Origin: Microthyrium microscopicum | Taxonomy: Eukaryota | Direction of reading: 5' to 3' | DNA: 64,000 nucleotides | NCBI GenBank assembly: GCA_010405405.1 | Contig: MU004236.1 | Span: 508,576-572,575, forward strand | Shown here: piece after piece, positions 1 to 10,923 of the stretch | Numbering within the stretch: position 1 is the first letter of the stretch | Layout of the letters: each line of letters begins with the position of its first letter | Made by a program: the position numbers and the translations under genes | The notes under the pieces: model-generated | Database searches by the model: none | Told to the model about the DNA's origin: nothing | What the model saw: only the letters and a program-made list of their open reading frames with translations

Positions 1-299
1 ATTGCTAGATACCTGGCAGCAATCTTTTGGAGAGACGTATGTCGCCAACTACAGTGCTAAAGGCCATCGAATGACCGATCACCTTGCCCATAAATGAAAT
101 CAACTGCATGAGAAACATCTCAGTGACATGGCAAGTTTGGTTTGAGCTGGGAAAACAAGCGACATTGGATCATGATTCTGGCTCTGGAAAGGAGATATCT
201 CCATGTAAATTGCTTTCGTAAGGAATGAGCTATTTGACTAGAATTTAGTGCCTCTCATGCTTGTTCTAAACACACTCCATACTACCAAGTGTTCTCCTT

Positions 300-2291
300 T
301 TAACCCGAAAAGGGACAGTGTATCGTTGGACTATCGGTAACATTCATGTCAAGATCCTGGAGAAGTAAGGACTCGAACACTGCAGAGTCAAGCGTTTGAT
401 TTGACCATTGGTTTGACCATTGGTCTGACCGTTGATTTGACCAGTGGTCGTTTTTCCTGAGAGATCCGTCCATAACAGGGCAAAGAGAAGCAACATAACG
501 GTACTGATTCCAGTGTTCAGTAGTTTCAAGGTTATGGGACTGCAGTTGTTTTGACATCCTTTCGTATTTGTTTCGAACCACATCAAGAACTGAGTCAAAC
601 AGATAATAGATATCTGGTGCGCTATTGGCATCTGCCGTTGTTGACGATAGTTTGCTCAAATGGGCTTGGATACTCTCCAAGTATGGCCCAAAAGAGGCGA
701 GATCTGTGACACTTAGGGGATTCGGGTTCGGGTTCTCAAGGGCCCAAGTAAGAAGCTGGAAGACCGAAATGATGCCTCTGATAAGCAAGTTCCAATCAAT
801 GGCTGAGAATTCATGATAGACCTCGTCATTAATTTCCATGAAAGCGCTAAAAAGGGACTTGAGTGCGCGACAACTTCTAGCCAAGTCGTCTTGGGGTTCT
901 TGTGAGTCTAGAGTGCTCATAATTGATATGCGAGTCGACACAAATTGCTTCAAAAGCCGAATGTGTGCTTTGGTTGTTAGCAAGGTTCGGAAGAAGTGAA
1001 GTCTACTGACCCATTCGTTGCAACTCTGGCTTCAGCGATTGCGTTAACTCTGACAGTCGTGTTTGTAGATCAGGGGCGGAGGAAAAGGTTTGAGTGCATC
1101 CAGTGGTTTCGAAATCTATAAGACGAAGTGTTGCCAGAACAGAGGCTGAGGTCTGCGTTTGCGATATTTCTATTAAGCAGGACTCTAGATAGGGAGTCCA
1201 ACATAAAGCTGCTGGCCTTACGGGCGGAAGAGAATAACTGAGTAAGTTAGGATACGGTTCTCCTTGATGCAAGAGTGACTGACGTGCTGCAAAGACAGAA
1301 GCAGCCCAAATACGCCAATTTTATAGCCAGACTCTCTGCCTCTGATCTTGAATCAAAAGAGTCTGGCGGAGAGTCATATCCGAGATCTTTGACCATATTT
1401 GCTGCAATTGCCAGCATATTGAATAGCCGGCCCTTCCGAGGGCTCAGATGAAGAGGAAACCTTTGCACGCATTAGTCGTTAGACACCAAAATACAAGAAG
1501 TGTATCCAACCAAGCGAGATAGATCAAGAGGCCTTGCAGGACATCGAGCGATCCTTCTGAACTGACTAAAACTTTCTCATTGACTGCTCTTCGGAACTCG
1601 ATGTCCAGTCTTTTCTGGACATCACTTTTGTTTGCTGACATGGCGCATAGTATGGCGAGTGTTAAAAATGGACGACTACGGAGCATAGCAGTCAAGTCCA
1701 AATCTCCCGATAATGGTACGAATGGGAAGTGATCTTCTCGCTCCTTAAAAATGGCTAGATAGGCTGTTGCTTCATTGCGATTCAGTCTAGGAAGAGATTG
1801 AGATGCATCTTCTTTTCCATGCTTAGATTCTCTGCTTGGTGCTGCAATTGATCCATTTTCTGAGCATTGCATCCAAGATTCAGGGAAATGTCGCATCAAC
1901 ATTGAATCGTGATTCTGCGCGAGAGAGAGCAAGATTTGTTTTTGACCTTTCTTCAATTCTAATATTGAGTTGAAGAATCCAGACACCACATCGGTATGGT
2001 TTTGGTCTTCATCGGGCACCTTTCGAAGCGATTGGGCTACCTGGCCGCTGTCTTTGTCGCTTTTTTTCCTACCACCAAGTCGACGAACAGTATCACGCTT
2101 GCATTTCGATCGAGTAATGGCACATCTATCATATGTTATTGCAGGTCCGTCTAGCTAGCGCTACTCTCATACCTTTCACAAATTCCTGGAGTTGTGCTCG
2201 CGAGACACCTCAGCTTTCGACTGCGACAATTATCGCATGCTGTAAGCACTTTCGGGGCTGGACAAATTGGTTGAAGGATCTTTGTACTCAT
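300..2291 (-). CDS. Zn(II)2Cys6 fungal transcription factor (multi-exon)
   Basis: ATG at 2291 reads MSTKILQPICPAPKVLTACDNCRSRKLRCLASTTPGICE|intron|RCAITRSKC, a C-x2-C-x6-C-x8-C-x2-C-x6-C cluster. Downstream exons (ORFs 1444-2019, 1247-1468, 1003-1272, 300-983) carry middle-homology motifs (HFPFVPL, SLDVLQGLLIYLAW, WTPYLESC). Confidence 0.9.
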
Positions 2292-3027
2292 GGCAGCATA
2301 AGGCAACACGGGTCCTAGTTCTTCGCTGTTTCTGAGATTGCGATGTTGGGAACTGTGGTTGAGAGTGGAGACTTATATCTTACAGCGTTTCCAGGATGTC
2401 CTTCAGGGTTAAACTTGCTCAAACTCATCAATCTGGCACGTGTAACCTACCCTCCTCCAGAGCTCTTGGGGATACTTGTTCAGGAAGTGATGAGTTCAAA
2501 GTTTATTACTTATTCTATTGGTTCTGGTAGTTCAACTTCAACTCTGTTACCCTGTTCGCTTGCACCCCTCCTGTCAAGCTTGCGACTCGCCAAACGTCTA
2601 GAAGCAGCAATACTTCTCATTGGACTACTTCAGACTAGAGTAGATACCCAATGCCAATGCTCAAAGTAGAAAGTTAGAGCCTTGATGGAGAGTGGGCACT
2701 ATCAATATTCAGTAGCAATGCCAAACTTCAGCCGATGAGACCTAGAAGAAGCATACCAACAAACTCACTTCTAGGCTCATCTCTTGACTCAAGCCTACGT
2801 TTATGAAATCGTCACTTATATGCAATTGTAAGAGAACAACTCAGCAGGTGAGGCTATTCTGCTGGCTCTCTGCATATAACTTGACCCATTCCTCTCCAAG
2901 ATCCAAACTTCTTCATCCCTCGCCAACTCTACAATATCTTGCCAAATCGATCTGGCACTGCAATACTACAGAGCATCTCGCTTATAATCCACTCCACATT
3001 CCATCAACAACGAGACGAACTGAAACG

Positions 3028-3818
3028 ATGTATGTTGACCTCGACGAAGACATGTCTGAGCGGTCTGAGTTGTCTGATACCGCGAAGTGAGTTTGCAGCC
3101 TCACTAGTGTTGTGTGACTGGCTAATTTAAACTCATAGGACAATCTTCGATGTTGAGGAGGACGCCGTAGCAGAAGATGCTGTTGACGAGGATGCTGTCG
3201 ATGATGAGGATGCTGCTGAAGAGAACGCCGAGGGTGACAGCGAAGATGATACCACTGACACATACACCAACATGGTCAAAGCAATCTCCTCATACGATCG
3301 CTTGATGAAAGGTGACACGATGAAGGCCCCTGAGCTAGAGGAAGCTATCAACTGGAAGTTGCGAATCGACATGGGTCTGTCCACTCTCGTGATCGCTCGC
3401 TGGGAAATGAATAGAATCGTCGACTTATACAATGACCCTGTCGTCGGTGGTCCTCATGAATGCCTCCCGAATTATCTCCGCTCGAAGGTCAAAACAGCCT
3501 TGGAAGCCAAAAGCGAGCACCTACCGACCTTCCAGGTAAGCATAACTGCATCCGCAAGGACTACAACTCATGAATTGGCATACTGACGAGTTACAGCACG
3601 ATCTGAATATTGAGCGCAATGACTATCAGGTTCAATACGTACGGCTTCTGCAACGCCTCCAGCAGCGCAAGGCGGAATTTCAGAACACCAAGGCAGAACT
3701 CCAAGAGACCGAGACGGACCTAGAGCGTTTCGCCTGCTCCGTCAAAGCGAGATGTTCTGCGGCTCGACTTCAAGCTCGAAAAGCCCGCCGCGTGGCTCGC
3801 ACCAAGGCACGCAAATGA
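3028..3818 (+). CDS. Hypothetical protein with acidic N-terminus, coiled coil and basic C-terminus (3 exons)
   Basis: ATG at 3028. GT..AG introns at ~3087-3138 and ~3536-3596 join MYVDLDED..., a D/E-rich stretch, ORF 3272-3586 and ORF 3570-3818 in frame. Confidence 0.65.
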
Positions 3819-4151
3819 GTTTAGATCACTGGTAGATGCCATCAGGCTCTGACTGCGGTCTGCAAGGTCATTGGAAGTGTGATGATCAAGAGTCTGAGAT
3901 TTATTTGGGTTCCGAGTAGATTACCTCAGCCTCTGGGCCTACTTGTTCCATTTCGGAGCCTTGTTGAGTCAAAATGTTCTGTCATCGTTGCAATCATGGG
4001 TATCACTGTCATATTTTCTGAAGGCCATGATTGCGCTGTTTTCAGACATTAACTGTTTTAGGAATCTTATAATCATCCGGACATAACAGCATAATATACA
4101 AAACTCCTCCACCTCCTTACATAGTTCTACACATACCCATCCCATTTCTCC

Positions 4152-4784
4152 CTAAGCAGTAGCACCAGCAACAGCAGCACTATAAACCTGCATCTGCAAC
4201 TCCGCCAACGTAAACCCCACAACAACCAACTCATCCACCAACGCCCTCCCCATCTCCCTCTTCTCCGTCCCCTCCGCAATCTCCATCGTCCCCGCCGTCT
4301 TCACCCAATGCCCAAACACAAACTTGCCCAACGGCATCGCCTGATCATCCAAAGCCACAAGATCCGGAAACTTCAACACGCCCTTGCCGTTCACTTGCCA
4401 CGTGACTTCTGCGCCGTTGAGGGCGGGCGAGGCGTATGTGAACTTGCGGCAGCTCATGCGGGATGCGGTTTTGAGTTGGAGGGTTTGGTTGGCGATGGTT
4501 AGGTCGATTGGCTTCATGGTGTGGAATGTTGATGTCCCGACTGTGGTGCCATTGGCGGTGAATGTTAGGTTCGGCTTGCGGGTGCAGCGGACATTGATTG
4601 TGTAGAGGGTTGTGGATTTGTCGAGGGTTGTTACGGTTATGTTGCGTTGGAGCGCGCCGTTGAAGTTGAAGAGGAGAGTTGTGGGAATACTGGTGTCTTG
4701 GGGAATATATTCCTGTTCGATTATTTGGGGTTTTGAGGTGGATTTCGTGGTGTCTTTGCTGGAGAAGCGATGGAGGATAGTCAT
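4152..4784 (-). CDS. Hypothetical protein, possibly Tubby-C/LURP-one-like beta-barrel
   Basis: Single 210-aa ORF with a beta-strand pattern and a C-terminal hydrophobic helix (LVDELVVVGFTLAE), as seen in this fungal family. The fold assignment is inference. Confidence 0.7.
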   Translation of the reverse strand: MTILHRFSSKDTTKSTSKPQIIEQEYIPQDTSIPTTLLFNFNGALQRNITVTTLDKSTTLYTINVRCTRKPNLTFTANGTTVGTSTFHTMKPIDLTIANQTLQLKTASRMSCRKFTYASPALNGAEVTWQVNGKGVLKFPDLVALDDQAMPLGKFVFGHWVKTAGTMEIAEGTEKREMGRALVDELVVVGFTLAELQMQVYSAAVAGATA

Positions 4785-5838
4785 GATGTATGGTTGGTGG
4801 TCTTGTTAGAATTAAATGCAGAAAGACGTATTGTATTTGATTGTATGTGGTTCGTTTACACTTGGAATGACTTGGAATTTGATAGCCTCGATTTCAAGGG
4901 GAAGTGCTCCGTATTTATATCACCTTTCTATATATTTTTGGAAATGGCCAAGATGTTCGTGAAATCGCAAAAGCGTTGGATACCACCATATTGAGGAAGG
5001 ACTAATCCCAAAGTGGTTGTACGGAGCGCTCTAAGCCTCTGATCGGCCAAAACCAACCGCAGCCTTGTAGAGCATGGGGCTCGTTGCGAGTCAACTTGTT
5101 GAAAACGCTGATCTTTAGTATAAATCTACGTCACAGCCCCGATTTTCAGCCTTATACATGTAGCTCGCTCTATGATTGGTCGAATGCTGTCGATTCTAGT
5201 CGCTAACATAAGATCGGCGGGGAATGTCACGGAGTTGGATCCGAACACTATCTTAATGTTGATCGTATCTCTGAAAGCATTGAGAAGGTAATGGCTTCTA
5301 ACATATTGCAAGGTCAGTCCATGATGAGCCGGAACAGCTAGGCCAATGGTCGTTGTTTGGCGAAAACTAAAGAAATCAGAACGTGTATTGGTTTCTTTAT
5401 ATCATCTTCCCGCTTATGGCATTGAACATCTCAGCATTCGGACTTCGGATCATTTGAACCATCATACTCGAAATGTGCTGGAATCAATCCTTCCCTGGTC
5501 GGGGGATGCCACACTAGAAGACGAATATCTTGTTGCTTCATATCACTGGGCAATGCGACGAGTTTTTAATTTGAGTTCGTCACAACCATTCTCAACTAAC
5601 ATATGATTACTATCTCAAAGCTACTAGTATATTGATCTTGGTGTTTGATCATGGCATGGCACATGAATTTAATCGGTCTTGAACGTTTAGCATTGTCAAT
5701 TTTCTTTTTTGTAGGTATCATTAATCATTGTCCTCTGGTAGCCATTATACAAAGGTCCTCATCCTATGCCTGTGCAACATCCAGCCTGAGCCTAACATTC
5801 CGACGACCAGTATACCCGACGAGCTATATGTCTGACCT

Positions 5839-6815
5839 CTAGAAATCTCCTCCTCCCATATCACCTCCACCAAAGTCTCCACCACCATCACCACCGCCAA
5901 AGTCTCCACCTCCGTCGCCTCCTCCATAGTCTCCGCCGCCGTCTCCTCCGCCATCACCACCATCGTGACCCATTGCTTCACCTAGGAGCATACCGCCTAG
6001 CAGTCCACCTCCTGCACCCAATGCGAGACCACCGCCCATTCCAAGCCCGCCTGGCTTCCGACCACCCATTTGCTGCTGCGCATACGGACTCTGTCCATAG
6101 CCGCCCTGCTGAGGGTAGCCTTGCGGTGGATAGCCTTGTTGCGGATAGCCCTGTTGATAACCTTGCTGTGGGTAACCGCCTTGCTGTGGATAACCACCTT
6201 GTTGCGGATAACCTTGCTGCTTATTCTTGCCGGCACCTAGCAGTTTACCCAAGAAGCTTCTCCGCTTAGGTTCGCCATCAGGCTGGGGACTCGTCGACAT
6301 GCCCGGCCCGCCCGATGGACCACCATATCCCGGAGCTAAGCCACCTTGCTGAGGACCTCCACCATAGCCGCTGTCATAGTAGCTATCCGACTGTCCCGCG
6401 CGGCTCGAGTCTCCCTTGTTCCCAGAGGCGCGTGCATTTTCTTCTTCTTGCAGTTGGCGCGCAAGTCTCTCGTCTTCAGTCATGTCATGGCCGCCGTGTA
6501 GACCGCTCTTCTCAGGGTTGAGCATTGAACTGCCGCCGGCTGCGTAGGCTGGTGGTGCGCCGGGTGGTGGCGCTTCGTCGGAGCCGCCGGATGGGTAGAT
6601 TGGCGAGGTGGGTTTGTCCCATTGTGATTTTTTGGTGTAGATGTTTACGAAGAACCATTCTTTGTATTCAGAGTTCCAGACGGCTTTCCAGCCTTCGGGG
6701 ACTTTGGGTGGCGGTGGGCCCTGGATGCGCGAGGCTACGTCAGTGGATTGCTTGGCAAAAAGCGATTGAGCAGGTAGATGTAACTTACCGGTGGGGGCGC
6801 GTCGAAATCTGCCAT
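5839..6815 (-). CDS. WWM1: WW-domain, Gly/Gln/Tyr-rich protein (Wwm1-like)
   Basis: ATG at 6815 (MADFDAPPP), intron 6788-6721, then WW domain VPEGWKAVWNSEYKEWFFVNIYTKKSQWDKP, a PPAY motif, GYPQQ repeats and a GGLLGGMLLG...GGDF tail. Confidence 0.85.
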
Positions 6816-7305
6816 GTTGGAAGAATCGAAGTGGTGTATTTGAGTTTCTCAGAATTGTAAAGTGGTGATAGAGAGAGAAAGTAAGGAATGGTGGTAAGGT
6901 TGGGTGTTTATATGGAGGGGCAGGGTTGATGGAAGACAGCAAGAAGCAAGAAAGAATGACAATGACAACAGGAGGCTTGGTACCGCTTGCCCGGTTGAGA
7001 TGCTAGCGTTTGTAGCGCCATATCCAGTGATGGCAAGTGTAGTCGTCAGCATGCCAGGCGCAGTTTCCAGATTTGTTCTATCGCCTCCCTCAACTTCCAA
7101 ACCTATCACCAATTGAATCTCCAGCAATGTGTGGCTGTGCCCAGCATATTTCACCAGGCGAACGCCGTTGGCAGCCTGATTGACACCAGAATCAATCAAG
7201 ACCAAGCGGCCGTTGTCAAGTTGTGAACGGATATCAGCAGCCTATGAGGTCACTCGAACATGACACTTCTGGCACGAGTCACGACATTTTGCCCCGCAGG
7301 TACTA

Positions 7306-7333
7306 TCAAGATTCAAGATTCAAGATTCAAGAT
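7306..7333. repeat. (TCAAGAT)4 microsatellite
   Basis: Tandem 7-mer read directly. Confidence 0.85.
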
Positions 7334-9196
7334 CTGATCTTTCATGTCCGTTGCCGTTGCCAAGGTATGATCGCGTTGCTTGCATTGGCTTTCATGTTCC
7401 AAGGAGGTAGTACTCATCTTCATCTTCACGATCGAATTGTTTGGGAGCCGCATGTTGTACTATAATATGCTCTTGGAGCAATTGGTGCTGGAAGCCGTAC
7501 GCCTTCACGGACGCCATATGCAAGTCAAGTACTGATGCAGGAACCTTTAATCCACAAGACAATGGCGCGCATGCCTTGAACCCTTCCAAGGATGAAAGCG
7601 GCTCCAGAAACAAATGTCGCGTTGACCCAGTTGTAAGATAGGAGGTGCTTTTACCGCCTTTCGAAAAGAACGCGATGTTGTTGACATGCCCCTGACGAAC
7701 CTTGTCTACAGGGAGAGTTTCGTAACCAACTCTCAAACAAGAGTGGAAACTGTCGCAGCATTTCCGACCTTGTGTTCACGTCTCCAACAAAAGATCTGGC
7801 GGTAATTGACCAAGGAGCGCGGTGTACGCCACACGCACGTTTGCTGAACGCGGGTTTGTGGTACTTGAGAGAATAACGATGCAGAATAAAAGGGGTGGCA
7901 AGCTGGCCAAGAGAGCCCTCCAGCCAAGTACGGTAGCAATGTGTTATCACCACATACATAGATAGTAAGCAGTAGTTTAGCAAACCAATCAGGCCCCCAT
8001 AGCTCAAGGATATTACAGGGCGTGATTTAGCTACAAACTAGGACATAAACGTGATAGAGTAGTAACGTGCAATTTCGCTCTCTTCGTATTCAACCATCTC
8101 TTTAACTAGAGTTACACCTATTATATGGTAAGAGCTTGCATCAGGCTGATTACTGTATGTAGCCTTCTCCAATAGTTGGGATACGCGAGCGCGATTGATG
8201 AACACCTGCATGCACACATCTCCCGAATTCAAAAGTCGATACGAGAAAAACAACTCCTATAGAGAATGCCAGTAAAATGCTTTCGATTAGCTACTAATAG
8301 GGTCACGATATCTACAATCTATATAGCCCCCGATATGGTACAAGTCACAGCAGTACATGGAACCATCGTACCACACACCGCGAACATGGCTCGGAAGCAA
8401 TAGCGGCAATCGGATTAGTTCTCGATCATGAAGAGTTGTCAAGTTCTCAACCGGGCGATTCCTTGCGTATAAATCACTAACTATTCTGCGAGTCCCTTAT
8501 TAAACTAACAGGTCCTTCTACGATGCTTTCTGAAAGGTGTTACCAGCTATTGTATCCCGTAGAGTTGAAGTTGCAGTATGACTTGAAATTAATCAATTCG
8601 CTCGCTCCTACAATGGTTTGCGGGCTCGAGATTTTCATCCTAGAGTGGGGAAGTCCCTGCTTACAATTGATTAATTGTGAGGGGATTGGGAAGGAATGAG
8701 GGTCATCTGGTCTTGAATCTCGCCCTATCGTTCGCAACTTTAATCCAACTCGACTACAATTGTACAGGTCTTCAATATCGCGATTCGCGGTTTTTGTTCA
8801 GCTCTTTGTGTATAGCAGAAGAAATAGGCACAGTTTGAGGATGGTTGTATCGGACTTGCGACCTATCAAACTGCTTTTAACCTTGAACTCACTAATGCGC
8901 CTGCGAACAGGATCAGGATATAGGATTCATGGACTGAGGTAGGGAAGGACACCTGGTATCAACAAGGATCCCTCACTTTGATAGGAGTTTGCTTGTGATA
9001 TTGAGGTTATCTCGAATCGCTCCCTGTTGCAACAGCAGCAGAATAGGTAAAATAAATCTGACGATGGCGATCAATGTGCTTGATATATACAGAGTACTCC
9101 GTACAGGCAGACATTGTCGAATTATAAAAGATCCAAAGTTTGTGTGATCTTCTCGCAACAGAGATATTGGACGTCCGTGCAAGTGGTCCCGATATA

Positions 9197-9343
9197 CCGT
9201 TTTTACCCTTTCAGTTGGGATAGGTTAGCGCGGTTTTTTAGGCAAGGTTTGTCCGTGAGCGATAGCGAGTCCCTGGCTAAATTCACAGCGCCACCAGCAA
9301 GAAAAAGCGCGCTAACCTATCCCAACTGAAAGGGTAAAAACGG
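9197..9343. mobile_element. 147-bp MITE, copy A (TA target duplication, Tc1/mariner-type)
   Basis: 36-bp perfect TIR CCGTTTTTACCCTTTCAGTTGGGATAGGTTAGCGCG, flanked by TA (9195-9196) and TA (9344-9345). A homologous copy lies at 25128-25274. Confidence 0.85.
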
Positions 9344-10923
9344 TAGCATATACCCAGAGACGGCGCAATAATGGAGCATGTTTGAGATTCAACGCGTCCC
9401 ATTTCTGGAAACGGAGGCTCTCCACTGGCTCACAGACGCTCTACACGGGAAGGAATTGAGTGGCTCAGGACCATGAATGCTCCGAGGGTCCTGGGCAAAG
9501 AAAGGGTTTCCCTTTCCCCAGCAAAAAAGTAGGTATGGCCGGGTTGAAGCATGTCGCCGAGTTCTCTAGTAGGCAGTCATGGTGAAAATGTTTTGGGACT
9601 ACTGCAGGCCCCGCAGAACTTAGAAGGCCTGCGGCGATTTGGTTGCAGCGCTGAGCAGATAGGAAAAAGGAATCAAGTATGCAGTGCATGTGTGTTCCTT
9701 GTACCTGTTCTAGTAGGAGAACGAATGATCTTGCGGACCTGACGGCATCTCTTAGGTACCAAAGAAAAAAGATGACCTAAGGAGCCTCCATACTTAGCGC
9801 CATAATGGAAGTATCGCAAGTAATGTCTGTAATGGACATCAGCGATGAACATGTTGTCAAGTGCTTACCAGTACAGCTGATGAGGATTTTGAGTCAACCT
9901 ATTCGAGAAAGTAATCAGTACTTATCAACGTGAGATGTAAGAGGTCATGCTGGTGTAGCACACTTTCTGGCCTCTGCACAAGCCCGCTCCGTCTGTCTCG
10001 CCAACCAGACGTGTTCTCGAAATTTATTCTTGTCTGCAGCAATCACTCGCCCAGTGTCTGCTCATCCCGTCCTAATTTGTACTGGCACGTTGGCCTGCAG
10101 TCTAGGCCTCACCAATCCCATCGCATTCTCCCCAAATTGCTCCACACGGGAGCCTTTCCCCACCCTTCAAAGTTCTCACAGTGGTTCGGTACATGCCAGG
10201 AGCCCAATTGCGCTGGGAAACTGCATCATTTTTCGAGGGCCTTTTGCTTCTTTCACTTCTCCTACAACTGTCTGTCAGGCTGTACAGAGGAAAGTAACAT
10301 ACCTTGAAGGCAGCTGGCAGGGACTTGAGCTGGGCTGTCAGGGCTATTCATAAGACTTCCAAGACAGCGCTGAGCGACTAGTACCAGGGGAATTCAATAC
10401 GCCTCCGCTCAAGCTCAGACACTGCCTTTCTGGTGCTTTTCTTTTCCACTCTCCCTCCATCAGAATCGCTGCCGTGTCTGGCCATTCAGGACTCTCGAAA
10501 GTTCCAAACCTTGTATCCCTCAATCCACTTCAACCCTCACCTCACTTTCACTTTACTACCTCCAAGTGTTCGTCTTAGGACCATCACTGCTCTCTCATCC
10601 CCTTCATCCACTGCAATAACCGATCCTTCCATCACTCTCTCACATACATACTGCCTCTTCGGTGCCTGTTTCATGGTCCGAACGCCTCGAACGCCCCTCG
10701 CTACTCTCGACTGCCCCAACTGACTTCCCTCGCTCTTCAATCATCGTCCAGCTGAACAATCAGCCTACACCCGTCGCAACTCGATTTCTCATCCGTTGGA
10801 TACTCGAAATCCATCGTCCTTGATAACAGTTCGCGACGATATCATCCACTATACTCGAATAACAATACGGCGAATCCCTTGATGGTGCAGACGGCTCATA
10901 TGAGCTGCTAGAAAGTTTACAGG

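Noticed and set aside
398..448. 12-bp tandem repeat as a regulatory element
   Set aside because: It lies within the TF coding exon (WSNQ/SDQW repeats) and is an ordinary coding microduplication.
5839..6942. 367-aa ORF as the true WW protein start
   Set aside because: The N-terminal ~70 aa read through the 5' UTR and an intron. The spliced start at 6815 fits better.
9114..9329. Conserved peptide encoded by the MITE loop (QGLSVSDSESLAKFTAPPA vs RGFSVKDSESLPKVRAPPA)
   Set aside because: Only about 4 of ~11 changed codons are synonymous, close to chance, and there is no shared start codon.
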